Shown here piece by piece: positions 25,957-38,508 of a stretch of 64,000 nt of DNA. A program made the position numbers and the translations under genes. Source of the stretch: Sphyrna mokarran (lineage: Eukaryota); the NCBI GenBank assembly GCA_024679065.1, contig JAGIQG010000009.1, positions 81,034,001 through 81,098,000 of the forward strand, in the 5' to 3' direction. The notes under the pieces were generated by a model, which was not told the origin of the DNA, did not search any database, and was given only the letters and a program-made list of their open reading frames with translations. The stretch's first letter is position 1. Each line of letters begins with the position of its first letter.

Positions 25957-27630
25957 TAAAGAACAAAGAACAAAACAGCATGGGAAACAGACCCTTCGGC
26001 CCAACGAGCCCGCGCCGCCACCTCTACCCGCGATCCCTGTTATGTTTATAGATCTATAGATTAAAAACCAAATTTGAGACAATTTAGGGAGAATTTGTTT
26101 TGCCAATTAGCCTAAGAGCACATCTTTGGGATGTGGGAGGAAACCGGTGCGCCCGGAGAAAACCCACGCAAGCACGGGGAGAATGCACAAACTCCCACAG
26201 ACACAGGCCCAAATCCATGTATCTGCACAGCACAGCGATAGTCACTGAGCTGTCGTGTTGCCCATCAGATGGTCTAGGTCAAGCGTACACTAATGACGTG
26301 AAGCACTAGGATACTCTCGAAAAAGATCCAAGAGCAGCCCTCTCACGACCCATCGCGTGTATGCCCCTCGTTAGACAACAAGGTGGACCAAAGCACCTGT
26401 AGGATAAAAACAAGTACATCAATATCATCATCTATTTACACACTTCCCAGGAACTCCCAAGGCTCACAATCCCTATTTTAAATCAGTTTTCTATATCCCT
26501 CCATTCCCATTCTGTTCATGTGCCCATCTAAGTATTTCTTAAATAACTCTAGACTACCTGCCCCCACCACTTTATTTGGCAGTGCATTCCATACCCCCAC
26601 CACCCTCTGTGTGAAAAAACTCCCTCTAGCATCCAAATTATACCTTACCCCCCTCATCCTAAGCCCGTGATCCCTAGTGCTATTTGAGTCCATCCTAGGA
26701 AAAAGCTTACTTATCTACTGTTTACTCTATCTATCCCCTTCATAATCTTGTACACCTCTACCAGATCTCCTCTAAGTCTACGTCTTTCTAAGGAAAACAG
26801 TCCCAATTTGCCTAACCTCTCCTCGTAACTCAGACCTTCCATACCAGGCAGCATCCTGTAAACCTCCTCTGCACTCTCTCCAGAGTCTCCACGTCCTTCC
26901 GGTAGTAAGGCGACCAGAACTGGACGCAGTATTCCAAATGAGGTCTAACCAACGTTTTATACAACTGCAACATTAAAGGCCAGCTCTTGTACTCTATACC
27001 CCTTCCTATAAAGGCTAGCATACTATATGCTTTCTTCACAACCTTCTCCACTTTCTCTGCCACCTTCAGAGACTTGTTCACCTGCACCCCCAGGTCTCTC
27101 TGTGTTTCTACACTCTTAATAGGTCTACCCTTTATCATATACCTCCCCCCTACATTCTTTCTCCCGAAATGCATCACCTCACATTTATCAGGATTGAATT
27201 CCATCTGCCATCTGTCTGCCCAAGCTACCAGCCTATCTATGTCCTGCTGCATCGCCTGACAATGCTCCTCACTATCCGCAAGTCCAGCCATCTTTGTATC
27301 GTCTGCAAACTTGCTGATCACTCCACTTACTCCCTCTTCCAAGTCATTTATATATATTACAAATAGAAGAGGTCCCAGTACTGAGCCCTGTGGCACACCA
27401 CTAGTCACCGACCTCCAGCTAGAAAAACACCCTTCCACTATTACTCTCTGTCTCCTATTACCAAGCCAGTTACTTATCCATCTAGCTACCTGTCCTTGTA
27501 TCCCATTAGCCTTGACCTTCTCAACTAACCTCCTATGAGGGACTTTGTCAAACGCCTTACTAAAATCCATACAGGCGACATCAACGGCTTGCCCTTCGTC
27601 CACCGTTTTCGTGTCCCCCACCGTTTTCGT
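25957..27630 (-). mobile_element. CR1 subfamily with a long SINE-containing 3' UTR, 5'-truncated
   Basis: RT ORF 26830-27645 (GVPQGSVLGP, FADD) and 26478-26693; ~520-nt 3' UTR; (TTCTTTG)n tail; nested in an older + strand CR1. Confidence 0.88.
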
Positions 27631-27828
27631 AATGTGGGAAAACATGAAGTCTTTAATTTTGAAAGAAAGAACAAATGAGCAGAGTATTATTTAAATGGAG
27701 AAAAACTGTAAGAAGACAGAATGCCAAGAGACTGGAGGCTACTTGTGCACGGAACACAGAAAGATGGCACACAGACATGACAGGGAGGCTAATGGAATAT
27801 TAGCTCTTATTTCAAGGGGGTTGGAGTA

Positions 27829-28665
27829 TAAAGAACAAAACAGCACGGGAAACAGGCCCAACGAGCCTGTGCCGCCACCCCAATGTTCCCACTTCTACCT
27901 GTGATCCCTGTCTATGTTTATAGATCTATGGATTAAAAACCAAATTTGAGACAATTTAGGGAGAATTTGTTTTGCCAATTAGCCTAAGAGCACATCTTTG
28001 GGATGTGGGAGGAAACCGGAGCACCCGGAGAAAACCCTCGCAAGCATAGAGAGAATGCGTAAACTCCCCCACACACAGGCCCAAATACACGTATCTGCAC
28101 AGCACAGCGATAGTCACTGAGCTGTCGTGTTGCCCATCAAATGGTCCAGGTCAAGTGTATACTAACGACGTGAAGTACTAGGATACTCTCGAAAAATCCA
28201 AGAGCAGCCGTCTCACGACCCATTGCGCGTATGCCCCTTGTTAGACAACAAGGTGGACCAAAGTACCTGTAGGATAAAAACAAATGCATCAATATCTTTG
28301 TCTATTTACACACTTCCCAGAGACTCCCAAGGCTCATGATCGCTATTTTAAATCAGTTTTCTATACCCCTCCGTTCCCATTCTGTTCATGTGCCCATGTA
28401 AATATTTCTTAAATAACTCCAGAGTACCTGCCTCCACCACTTTACTTGGCAGTGCATTCCATACCCCCACCACCCTCTGTGTGAAAAAACTCCCTCTAGC
28501 ATCCAAATTATTACCTTACCCCCCTCACCCTAAGCCCATGACCCCTCGTGCTATTTGAGTCCATCCTAGGAAAAAGCTTAACCCTGTTTACTTTATATGT
28601 ACCCCTCATAATCTGGTACACCTCTATTAGATCTCCTTTAAGTCTACATCTTTCTAAGGCAAACA
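27829..28665 (-). mobile_element. Second copy of the long-3'UTR CR1 subfamily
   Basis: Colinear with 25957-26795; ORF 28511-28714. Confidence 0.88.
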
Positions 28666-29585
28666 GCAAGAGGATGTCTTGCTGCAAGCGTACAAGGTAC
28701 TGGTGAGACCACATCTGGAGAACTGTGAGCCGTTTTGTCCCTTTATTTGAGAAAAGATATTATTTAATTGGAAGCAATTTAGGGATGGTTCATTAGGGTG
28801 ATCTCTGGTATGGAGGGATTGTCTCATGAAGAAATATTAAGTAGGTTGGGACTTTACACATTGGAATTTAGAAGAATGAGAAGTGATCCCATTGAAACAT
28901 AGGATTTTTAAGCGGCTTGACAGGATAAATGCTGAGAGACAGTTTCCCGTCTTGATAAGTCTTGGACCAAAGGGTAGAGTGTCAGAATAAAGGGGCTCCA
29001 ATGTAAGACTGAAATGAGGCAGAATTTCTTCTCTTCGAGGTCTGAGAATCTTTGAGCTCCTGCCACAGAGAGCTATGGCGGCTGAGTCCTTGTGTATATT
29101 TAAGGCTGAGATAGAAAGATGTTTGATCAATAAAGGAATCAAGGGTTACGGACAAAGGGTGGTAAAGTGGACATGAGCAATCAGCCATGATCCTGTTGAA
29201 TAGTGGAGGGGCTGCATGGTCTGCTCCTGTTCCTATTTATTAAGATCTTTTAATCTTAAGTGTGTGTGTCTTTCAGTTGATATCTTTCTCCTCTCAGCAC
29301 CAAATTAATATTAAATTGCATTGTAGCTTCACAATGGAGAGGGAGATTGAGCAACTGCAATTAATCTGATTAATTCCCCATTTCATCAGAGCTTTGTATA
29401 TCTTACAAAATAACATTTATATAACTGAAGTTCCTTCTCCTATTGTTACCCTGCATTAAGCAGATGTTGATATTATTGTGGCACTGTCCTATCATCAAGA
29501 GACGATGGAACAAAAGACATTTATTGAAAAGATAAGAGAAATTAGGTACAGGAGTAGCCACAGTTGGCTGCTGTAGAGTTGTGCT

Positions 29586-29850
29586 GATGTAGAGATGCCA
29601 GCGTTGGACTGGGGTAAACTCAGTAAAGTTTTGCAACACCAATTTAAAATCCAACCAATTTATTTGATAGTAAATCCATGAGCTTTCGACACTATGTTGT
29701 GCCTTCGTCAGGCAAATGCAGTGTTCTCCATTTGCATTTGCATGAACACTGCATTTGCCTGACGAAGGCACAACATAGTGTCGAAAGCTCATGGATTTAC
29801 TATCAAATAAATTGGTTGGATTTTAAATTGGTGTTGCAAAACTTTACTGA
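29586..29850. mobile_element. Miniature Penelope-like hairpin element with hammerhead-ribozyme cores
   Basis: ~118-bp inverted arms; CTGACGA-stem-GAAAGCTC core; 13-bp TSD GTAGAGTTGTGCT (29573-29585, 29851-29863). Confidence 0.8.
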
Positions 29851-30303
29851 GTAGAGTTGTGCTCCAGTCTTTATGATGTTAACTGTATAGCTGCTGGATA
29901 TATTCTGCCCATGAGAGGACTTCACTCTCTGGGGTGATCACACAGTTTCTGTTCTCTATCTGTGCTGAAGTCAGGTGACTCTGTTCTGTCTTTAAGAGAC
30001 AGAGACTACATATGCAACTGTTGGTGACCAGGAACTTCCAATGGATTGATCCGTGATGATGATTTACTTTCTGCAGTATGGCTGACCAGGAAACTCTCTC
30101 TCTCTTACCTGCTGCTTCATGTTGGGAGGATGTACAGACTGGTAATCAACCTGTTTGACCCTGTTATGAATGTACCTTCCATGGCCATCAAGTCCTGGAG
30201 TGGGACCTGAAAGCGGACTCTCTAGCCCAGAGGCAGGGACACTACCCACTGTGCCACAGTATTACCTACCCCGTAAACTGTGTTTATTTTGTTTTCCTTC
30301 CAG

Positions 30304-30436
30304 AAAAAGCCAGTTTGTCCAAGACCTTGCTAATGAACATGATGTGACAAAACGGAATCAATCCAGTCAGATAGTCCGGATTCTCAACCAAGCAGGCAAG
30401 GACCAGGAAAGATCATTTCACAGGTGGACAGAGGAG
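30304..30436 (+). CDS. RNASEL: RNase L coding exon 4 (start of KEN/RNase domain)
   Basis: Encodes KSQFVQDLANEHDVTKR...SFHRWTEE; acceptor tttccttccAG; donor GAG|GTACAA; phases fit the neighbouring exons. Confidence 0.92.
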
Positions 30437-30564
30437 GTACAACTTCTAATCTGTAATTCCCAGAGCTTTCAGATACTGGGGTCTAATTAGCAAAGTTTGT
30501 CTAATTTAGATGCTTGAAGCTGCTAAAGACCTCGATAGAACAGATTTTTGAAAAATAATTCTTC

Positions 30565-31625
30565 CACAGGATGTGGGTGTCACTGATCAGACCAGCATTT
30601 ATTGCTCATCCCTAATTGTCCTTGAGAAGGTGATGGTGAGCTGCCTTTCTGAATCGCTGCAGTCCATGTGCTGTAGGTACACCCACAGAGTTGTTAGGGG
30701 GGGGAGTTCCAGGATTTTGACCCAGCGATAGTTAAGGAATGGTGATATATTTCCAGGACAGGATGGTGAGTGACTTGGAGGAGAACCTCTCCCAGGTATT
30801 CCCAGGCATCTGCTTCCGTTGTCCTTCCACATGGTAATAGTTGTGGTGAGTTCCTGCAGTTCATCTTGTAGATGGTACACATTGCTGCTGCTGTTGGATG
30901 GTGGTGGAAGGAATGAATGCTGTAGGTTGTGGACGGGGTATCAATCAAGCAGCTCTTAAACTTGGATAGTGTCAAGTTTCTTGAGTGTTGTTGGAGCTGC
31001 ACTCAGCCAGACAAGTGGAGAGTATTCCATCACGCTCCTGACTTGTGCCTTGTAGATGGTGGACAGGGTTTGGGGAGTCCAGACGTGAGTTCCTTGCTAA
31101 AGAATTCCCAGCCACTGACTTGCTCTTGTAGCCACAGGATGTATATGATTGGTCTGGTTCAGTTTCTGGTCAATGGTAACCCTCAGGATATTGATTGTGA
31201 GAGATTCAGCGAAGGTAATGCCATCGAATGTCAAGGGGTTTTGGTTTAATCCTCCTTAGTTGGATATGATCATTGGCTGACATTTGTGTGGCATGAATGT
31301 TATTTGGCACTTGTCAGCCCAAGTCTGGATGTTATCCAGATCTTGCTGCATTTGGACATGGACTGCTTCAGTGTCTGAAGAGACACGAGTGGTGTTGAAC
31401 GTTGTGCAATCATTGGTGAACATCCCTGCTTCAGACCTTATGATGGAAGTCATTGATGAAGCAGCTGAAGATGGTTGGAACAAGGACATTACCTTGATGA
31501 ACTCCTGCAGTGCCTTGGAGCTGAGGTAATTGACCTCTAGCCACCACAATCATCTTCCTTTGTCTTGAACCAGTGAGCATTTTCCTTTTGATTCCCAGTT
31601 GTTACAACTCCTTGATACCACACTC
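30565..31625 (-). mobile_element. Old non-LTR retrotransposon remnant (same family as 34545-36550)
   Basis: Reverse-complement similarity. Related fragments at 591-905(+), 11830-12080(-), 24975-25385(-), 45750-46590(+) and 57545-58500(-). Confidence 0.7.
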
Positions 31626-32113
31626 AGATAATAGGTAGTTCTATGAGCAGATTGGTACGAGGAATTCGTAGGTGTGTTGAAGGAGAAGGTGAGCATACAA
31701 ATTTCCCATTCTCCTGTGTTGCTAATATTAGCTCTGACATGGTGGGAGATGCCAGAAAAGGCAAGGGGAAGAAATGATTCTGTAAATGGTATTTCAATAT
31801 ACAGCGTACATTAATAAAAATAATTTCACCCAATTTCTCATCAATGTGTTTGAGTCTGTTATCCATCAACAGGTCCTTCGGTTGGTGAAGGCAATGACCA
31901 TAACTCAGGTGGAGGGGTGAGGAGTAGCATACGCCAGAAGGACTAGTCATACTATTTGCATTTGTGCTGCCTCTCTAATAGAAATCCTTAGGCAAGATCG
32001 CCTTCTCCTGGGCTGGAGGAGGAAGAACGTGCACAACAGGTAGCTGTGGTTCGAATATGAGTAACAAAGCCAGTTTAATTTAACAGGAAAGTCTGCTATT
32101 CGTTTTCTTTTAG

Positions 32114-32232
32114 ATTCGCCCAGAAGTACTGAGTGACATGAATAAGAGACAAAAGAATCCATATACGGACACCACCAGTGATCTCCTGAAATTCATCAGA
32201 AACCTAATCCAGCATTTTCCTGAAAAGAAAAA
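32114..32232 (+). CDS. RNASEL: RNase L coding exon 5 (RNase catalytic motif)
   Basis: Hand translation gives IRPEVLSDMNKRQKNPYTDTTSDLLKFIRNLIQHFPEKK, containing the KEN motif DLLKFIRNLxxH. Acceptor ttttcttttAG; donor AA|GTACGT. Not in the supplied ORF track. Confidence 0.93.
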
Positions 32233-33307
32233 GTACGTAAATTGGGTGCTGTTACCTCATTTCCTTACCTCAATTCTATATTTACTATGGATTTAAAACA
32301 AAAAGATGCAGGTTTCCATGTTTCCTTCCCTCCTAATAGCTCTTAATGAAACCCAGAGAGACCAATGAAGATTCACTTGATTGATTAATGGCACTCTTTC
32401 ATAGGAGGAGTCCATTCAGCCCCTCAAAGCTGCTCTACCATGCAGTGAAATGACAGCTGAACCCAGTTCTAACACCACCACGTACCTGCCTTAGCTTCAT
32501 AACTTTTAACTCCCTGGCTAGCAGAAAAAAACAATCTGTCAGCATTGGATTGAGCTGGCTTTTTGCGAGAGAGATTTCCATCCTTTTTCCCAAAAAAGAT
32601 ACACATCTCCCTTCCTGGTTATGAAGAAATGTTTCTAATGCTTCCCCTGAATGACATGTTATCTGATCTTGTTTTCTTCCCTCCTAATAGCTCTGTACAA
32701 GGATGGCAGGGTGACACAGTTGTTAGCACCTTTGCCTCATAGTGCCAGGGATCTGAATTCGATTCCTGGCTTGGGTCATTGTCTGTATGGAGTTTGCACA
32801 TTCTCCCTGTATCTGCATGCATTTCCTCCAGGTGCTTCAGTTTCCTCCCTCACATCAAAGATGTGCGGATTAGGTAGATTGGCCATGCTAAATTGTCCCT
32901 TAGTGTCAGCGAGACTAGCTAGAGTAAATGCATGCGGTTATGGCCCTGTAATCAGTGTAACCTCAATGGGCCAAATGGCCGCCTTCCACACTTCTATCAT
33001 TCTATAATCTAATCTATATAGAGGTAACATGACTTTGTTCCTTCGAAGTCCTGGCCTTCTTGATTAAAAGGCTTCTTGACTATTATTGTGCCTGACTACT
33101 TTATTTGAGTTGTATGCATGAGTCCTCTTAAGTTCAGTGTTCCTAGCTTTGCACCATTTAAGAAATGGGAAAATGGTGATCTAATAGTAATGTCACTGGT
33201 AATCTAGTGACCCATGTTAATGTTCAAGGCTCTGAATATTCCCTCTCTCTTCCTGAGGGGCACTCCATGCTGGGATACAGTTCTACAGAGTCCCACAGCA
33301 CAATGTG

Positions 33308-33640
33308 GGGAGGCTGTAGTGTAGTGGGAATGTCACTGGGCTAGTAATCCAGAGGCCCAGTCTAATGCTCTGGGGTCGCAGGTTCAAATCCCATCAATTC
33401 ATAAATCTGGAATTAAAAGCTCATCTCAGTCATGGTGACCATGAATCTCATTGTGGATTGTTGTAAAAATTCATCTGGTTCACTAATGTCCCCTTTTGGG
33501 AAGGAAATCTGCTGGCCTTATCTGGTCTGGCCTACGTGCGACTCCCGGTCCATCACTATATGACTGTTTTGGAAATGGCATAGTAAGTTCAAAGGATGAC
33601 TGCAATTGGCCAACAGATGGCCAACCATATCCCATGGTAA
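33308..33640 (+). mobile_element. Second tRNA-derived SINE family
   Basis: GTGTAGTGG A box and GGTTCAAATCC B box. Copies at 13360-13680(-), 13770-13895(+) and 41030-41225(+). Confidence 0.65.
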
Positions 33641-34210
33641 AATAAAAGGTAAAAAAAAATGCCACTATTTACTAATCTTTGTAAATGGGGACATTTGACT
33701 CTTTATTGTATTAACAAAGTCATCAATAAATACATACATAGTTACAACACTGACACAGATCCTTGTGGGACGTCACTGGTTGTTTTCGAGAACTTAGCCA
33801 TTGTGCCACAGTGGCACAGTGCCTCGCGGCACCACGGACCCAGGTTCAATTATGTCCTCCGGTGACTGTGTGGAATCTGTACATTCTCTCTGTGGCTGCG
33901 TGGGTTTCCTCCAAGTGATCCGGTTTCCTCCCACAGTCCAAAGACAGGCAGGTTTGGTGGATTGGCCATGCTAAATTGCCCTTAGTGTGAGGGGGGATGA
34001 GTAGCAAATATGTGGGACCACAGGAATAGAGCCTGGGGGTAGGATCGTTGTCAGTACGATCTCGATGGGGTCAATGGCCCCCTCCTGCACTGTAGGGATT
34101 CAGTGCAAAGCCCTTAATGTTAATATTTAGATTTCTCGTGAGCAGTGAATTGCAAAACAGCACATGTATGGCTTGGTGAGAAAAACATATCTAATTGCTT
34201 CTTTTTTCAG

Positions 34211-34337
34211 TTCACATGTTTACAGTTTCATGGAAAGCGCAGAGAGTTATTGCTTTGGATCATTTCCGGATCTTGTCATCGCTATCTACAACGCTGTGAA
34301 GAATACCGAGTGGAAGAAGCACTTTCCAAAAGAATAG
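34211..34337 (+). CDS. RNASEL: RNase L last coding exon
   Basis: Hand translation gives (N)SHVYSFMESAESYCFGSFPDLVIAIYNAVKNTEWKKHFPKE*, matching the RNase L C-terminal FPDLVI..NTExxKHFP. Acceptor cttttttcAG; TAG at 34335-34337. Confidence 0.92.
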
Positions 34338-34544
34338 AGATCATTCCTGCCTTCAAAGGATTGGAATCTCTGGGCTGGCCTTTCAGAGATTAACCACAAT
34401 CACATGTTTGCTTCAGTGATAGGGAAAGAAATGAGGAACTCGCATTTATGTAGCACCATTCATTCTCCTTCTCACATCCTAAGTTGCTTTACAGTCAATG
34501 ATGTATTTCTGAGGTGTGGTAAGTGATGTAACATTTACGCCACA

Positions 34545-36550
34545 CGTGTGTCAGGCAATGACCATCTCCAACGAGACAAATTCTAATAATTTACCTGTAA
34601 CTTTCTATAGCTTTACTGTCACTGAATCCTCCACTATTGACATCCTGGGGTTACCATTAGTCAGAACCTTAACTGGGTCAGCCAAATAAATATTTGTCAT
34701 CAACAATGTCAGCAAGCAGACCTGCTGAGCAATAACATGCTCAGTGACATCTAGTTGGGTTTCACCAGGTCAGCTTCTGACCTCATTACAGCCTTGATTC
34801 AAACATGGATAAAAGAGCTGAATTCCAGGGATGAAGTGAGAGTGACAGCCCTTGACATCAAGGCTGCATTCAAATGATTGTGGCATCAAGGAGCCCCAGC
34901 GAAACTGGAATCACTGGACGTCAGGGGACAAACTCTTCGCTGGTTGGAGGCATACCTGGTACGTAGGAAAATGGTTGTAGTTGTGGAAGGTCAGTCATTT
35001 CAGCTTCAGGACACCCCTGCAGGAGTCCCTCAGGATAGTGCCCTAAGCCCAACAGTCTTCAACACCTTCCCTCCGTCATCAGATCAGAAGTGGAGATGTG
35101 CAATCATTGGCGAACAATGGTCGGCACCATTTGTGATTCCTCAGTTACTGAAACAGTCCATGCAACAAGATCGAAAATATCCAGGCTTGAGCTGACAAGT
35201 GGCAAGTAACATTCACACCCCACAAATGCCAGGCAATGACCATCACCGATAAGAGACACTCTAATGTCCCTTGACATTCAATTGTGTAACTGTCACTGAA
35301 TCCCGCACTGTCAACATCCTTGGGATTACCATTGATCAGAAACTCAACTGGACTCGCCATATAAACACAGTGGCTACAAGAGCAGATCAGAGGCTAGGAA
35401 TACTGTGGCGAGTAACTCATCTCCTGACTCCCCAAAGCCTATCTGCCATTTATGAGACACAAGTCAGATGGAATACTCCCCACTTGCCTGGATGGGTGCA
35501 GCTCCAACACTCAAGAAGCTTGACACCATCCAGGACAAAGCAGCCCACTTAATTAGCACCATATCCACAAATATTCAATTCTTCCACCACCGACACTCTG
35601 TAGCAGCAGTGTGTACTATCTATAAGATGCGCTGCAGCAATTCAGCAAAGATCCTTAGACAGCACCTTCCATCTAGAAGGAACAAGGGCAGCATACAAAT
35701 GAGAACACCATCATTTGCAAGTTCCCCTCCAAGCCACTCAGCATCTTGACTTGAAAATACATCATTGTTCCTTCACAGTCGCTGGGTCAAAACCTTGTAA
35801 TTCCCTTCCTAATGGCATTGTGAGTCAACCTACAGCACGTGGATTGCAGCAATTCAAAAAGGCAGCTCACCAGCACCTTCTCAAAGGCCACTAGGGATGG
35901 ACAATAAATGCTGGCAAGCCAGTGACACCCATGTCACACTAATGAGTAAAAAAGACGACTAGAGCAGGTCAGAGGCTGAGAATCCTGCAGTAAATAACTT
36001 CGGACTCCACAAACACTCTAGACCATCTACCAGGCACAGTTCAAGAGGGTGATGGAATGCTTCCCACTTGCCTGGGGTGAGTACAGCTTCAACAGCATTC
36101 GAGATGTTCAACAACACCCAGGACAAAACAGCCCTGCTTGATTGATACCCTTTCCACAAACATTCAATTCCTCCACCACTAATGAACAGTGGCAACAGTG
36201 TGTAACATCTATAAGATGCACGGTAGGAACTCAGCAAGGTTCCTTCACCAGCACCTTCCAAATCCATGACCACTGTCATCTGGAAGGACAAGGTCAGCAG
36301 ATGCATAGGAACACCACCACCTGGGAGGCTTCCTTTCAAGTCATCCAACATCCTGACTTGGAAATGCATTGCCATTCCTTCACTGTCACTGGGTCAAAAT
36401 CCCTCTCTAACAGTACTGTGGGTTTACCTACATCACTTGGACTGCAGGGACTCAAGAAAGCAGCTCACCACCACCTTCTGAAGGACAACTAGGCATGAGC
36501 AGTAAATACTGACCCAGTCAGCAACGCCCACATCCCTGAATGAAAAAAAG
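34545..36550 (+). mobile_element. Old non-LTR retrotransposon remnants (CR1/L2 group), tandem fragments in the RNASEL 3' region
   Basis: Peptides LDIKAAF..WHQG, GVPQDSALSP, ILGITIDQKLNW and MEYSPLAW; 3' end CACCTTCTCAAGG..TAGGGATGG..AATAAATG. Confidence 0.75.
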
Positions 36551-37842
36551 ATAGCAACCAATTTATGTACAGCCAGATCCAACAAACAGCAGTGACCAAA
36601 TAATATATGCTAATGAGGGATTAATATTGTCCAAGGAAAATTCCTGCGCTCTTCAAATAATATTATGGAGTTTTTTTATATCCACCTGAGGTATCTAAAA
36701 GAGGGCATTTTCAACAATGCAGCACTCCATTGGCACTGAGCAGGAAGTGTCAACCTAGATTTGGGGCTCTCTGCAAGGCACTTTGAAGCCACACTTCTTG
36801 GTTCACTGGCCACAGAGCGATGCACTGAGCCGTGTAATGGTGATCAGAAGCAGGAAATTGAGGAGTTCACGTGGCACTTGAATAGTTTCCTGTCCATCTG
36901 AAGTCCAAAATAATCTTGGACTCTCAGTGCTATTCTGCCCTCTATCTATCATTGATAATATTGTTACCGATGTTGGGTGGGGGGGACGTGATTAATTTAG
37001 AACAGTCCTCATTTCTCCACTCTGTTTGTAAATAGAAAGGTATCTTCGATTTACGATTTCCCCATTTTCAGTGGTAGTATATTTTCCCCAGAACCCTCAG
37101 ATTTGTAGTGATCCAATCCTCTGTTAACCCCAGCAGCAGATGTAAATAAATTTCAAAATACATCTATATCCTATACAGCATCTATTTCTAAACCAAGTCT
37201 GTTTGTAACGTGAGTCTTGGCTTTTAAAAGTATGGAATTTAAACAAGAAACTATGGAAGAGAAACAAATTTTTTTTAGATCTTTTGCCTTTTTGGCATGA
37301 TAATATGCACTTTGGGAATGGTGTACAGTTTTATTTCATCCTCTTTGATTTCTTGCAGTAGGGACTATGAGTTACCTCTTGACAACACTTGTCGTGTTTA
37401 GTTAAGTTTGGGGAATTATTATTGAAGGGCCTTTTGCATTTTTATCTGTGATTTATTGCCATCATGTGGTCAGATGGGGTAAACTCAGAAGGCTAGTTTA
37501 TTTTCCACACACTCAAAACTTAAGGGAAGTGGGTTCACACAGTTGACCCACTTTAGTATTTTTAGAATAAAAGAAGGATAAGGGAAAGCAAGGGTCAAGG
37601 TGACAGACAAAAATGAGATTTATGATTTCACATGAGTTCAGAGTCCAGAATCAAAAGTCCAACCGTAATTATCTTTAGAAGTTAGCAAGCCGAAACTATT
37701 GCAGAGTGACCCACTTTTTCAGAAACAATGACTTTCATAGTGGGAGAAGGCAGGAAGAGATTAATTTGTTTTACAGTCAAAGTTATGATGCTCCAGTAGT
37801 ACACAATATGGCTGGGCTGGGAGGAGGGAGACAATTTAAACT

Positions 37843-38180
37843 GGGGCGGCACGGTAGCACAGTGGTTTGACTGCTGCTTCACAGGGACCTGGGTTCGATT
37901 CCTGGCTTGGGTGACTATCTTTGTGGAGTTTGCACATTCTCCTTGTGCCTGCATGGGTTTCCTGCAGATGCTCCAGTTTCCTCCCATGGTCCAAAGATGT
38001 GCGGGTTAGGTTGATTGGTCATGCTGAAGTGCTCCTTAGTGTCCTGGGAGATGTAGATTGGAGGGATTCATGGGTAAATATGTAGGGATATAGGGATGGG
38101 GCCTGGGTGGGATTGTGGTCGGTGTGGACTTGATGGGCCAAATGGCCTCCTCCTGCACTGTAGGGTTTCTATGATTTCTA
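37843..38180 (+). mobile_element. tRNA-derived HE1/V-SINE-type SINE with CR1-derived tail (best-preserved copy)
   Basis: A box GGTAGCACAGTGG, B box GGTTCGATTCC, core GTGGAGTTTGCACATTCTCC. Other copies near 7905, 10045(-), 14985(-), 21353, 22185, 32703, 33805, 39870, 42375(-), 47580 and 62055. Confidence 0.85.
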
Positions 38181-38508
38181 TGGCAGCTCTTTCTGCTGCT
38201 GCTTGTTAGATGGTAAATGATAGGCAGAGGCAGCCTGCTGGCCTGTAATCCTGGCTCTCTTCAGAGGTTAAACAACGCAGAGGTTAAACTGCAGATAATA
38301 TCCAAAAGCTGTGTCATTAAAGCAATTCCAAAGAGCTCAAGTCTCAGTCCTGTGAGCGAATTGAGCTGTTCAGCTGATGAGGCTCCCTTGTTAAAACCCA
38401 GTGTGTTTGGGCATTACCCAATTAAGGACCATTTGCACAACTTTGGGAGATGAGTCACAACATTTCTCCCTTTGCCCGTAACTGGTTGGCATAGGCAGTC
38501 CTTTATCT

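Noticed and set aside
37843-37915. tRNA gene
   Set aside because: The A/B boxes belong to a SINE head that continues into SINE core and tail.
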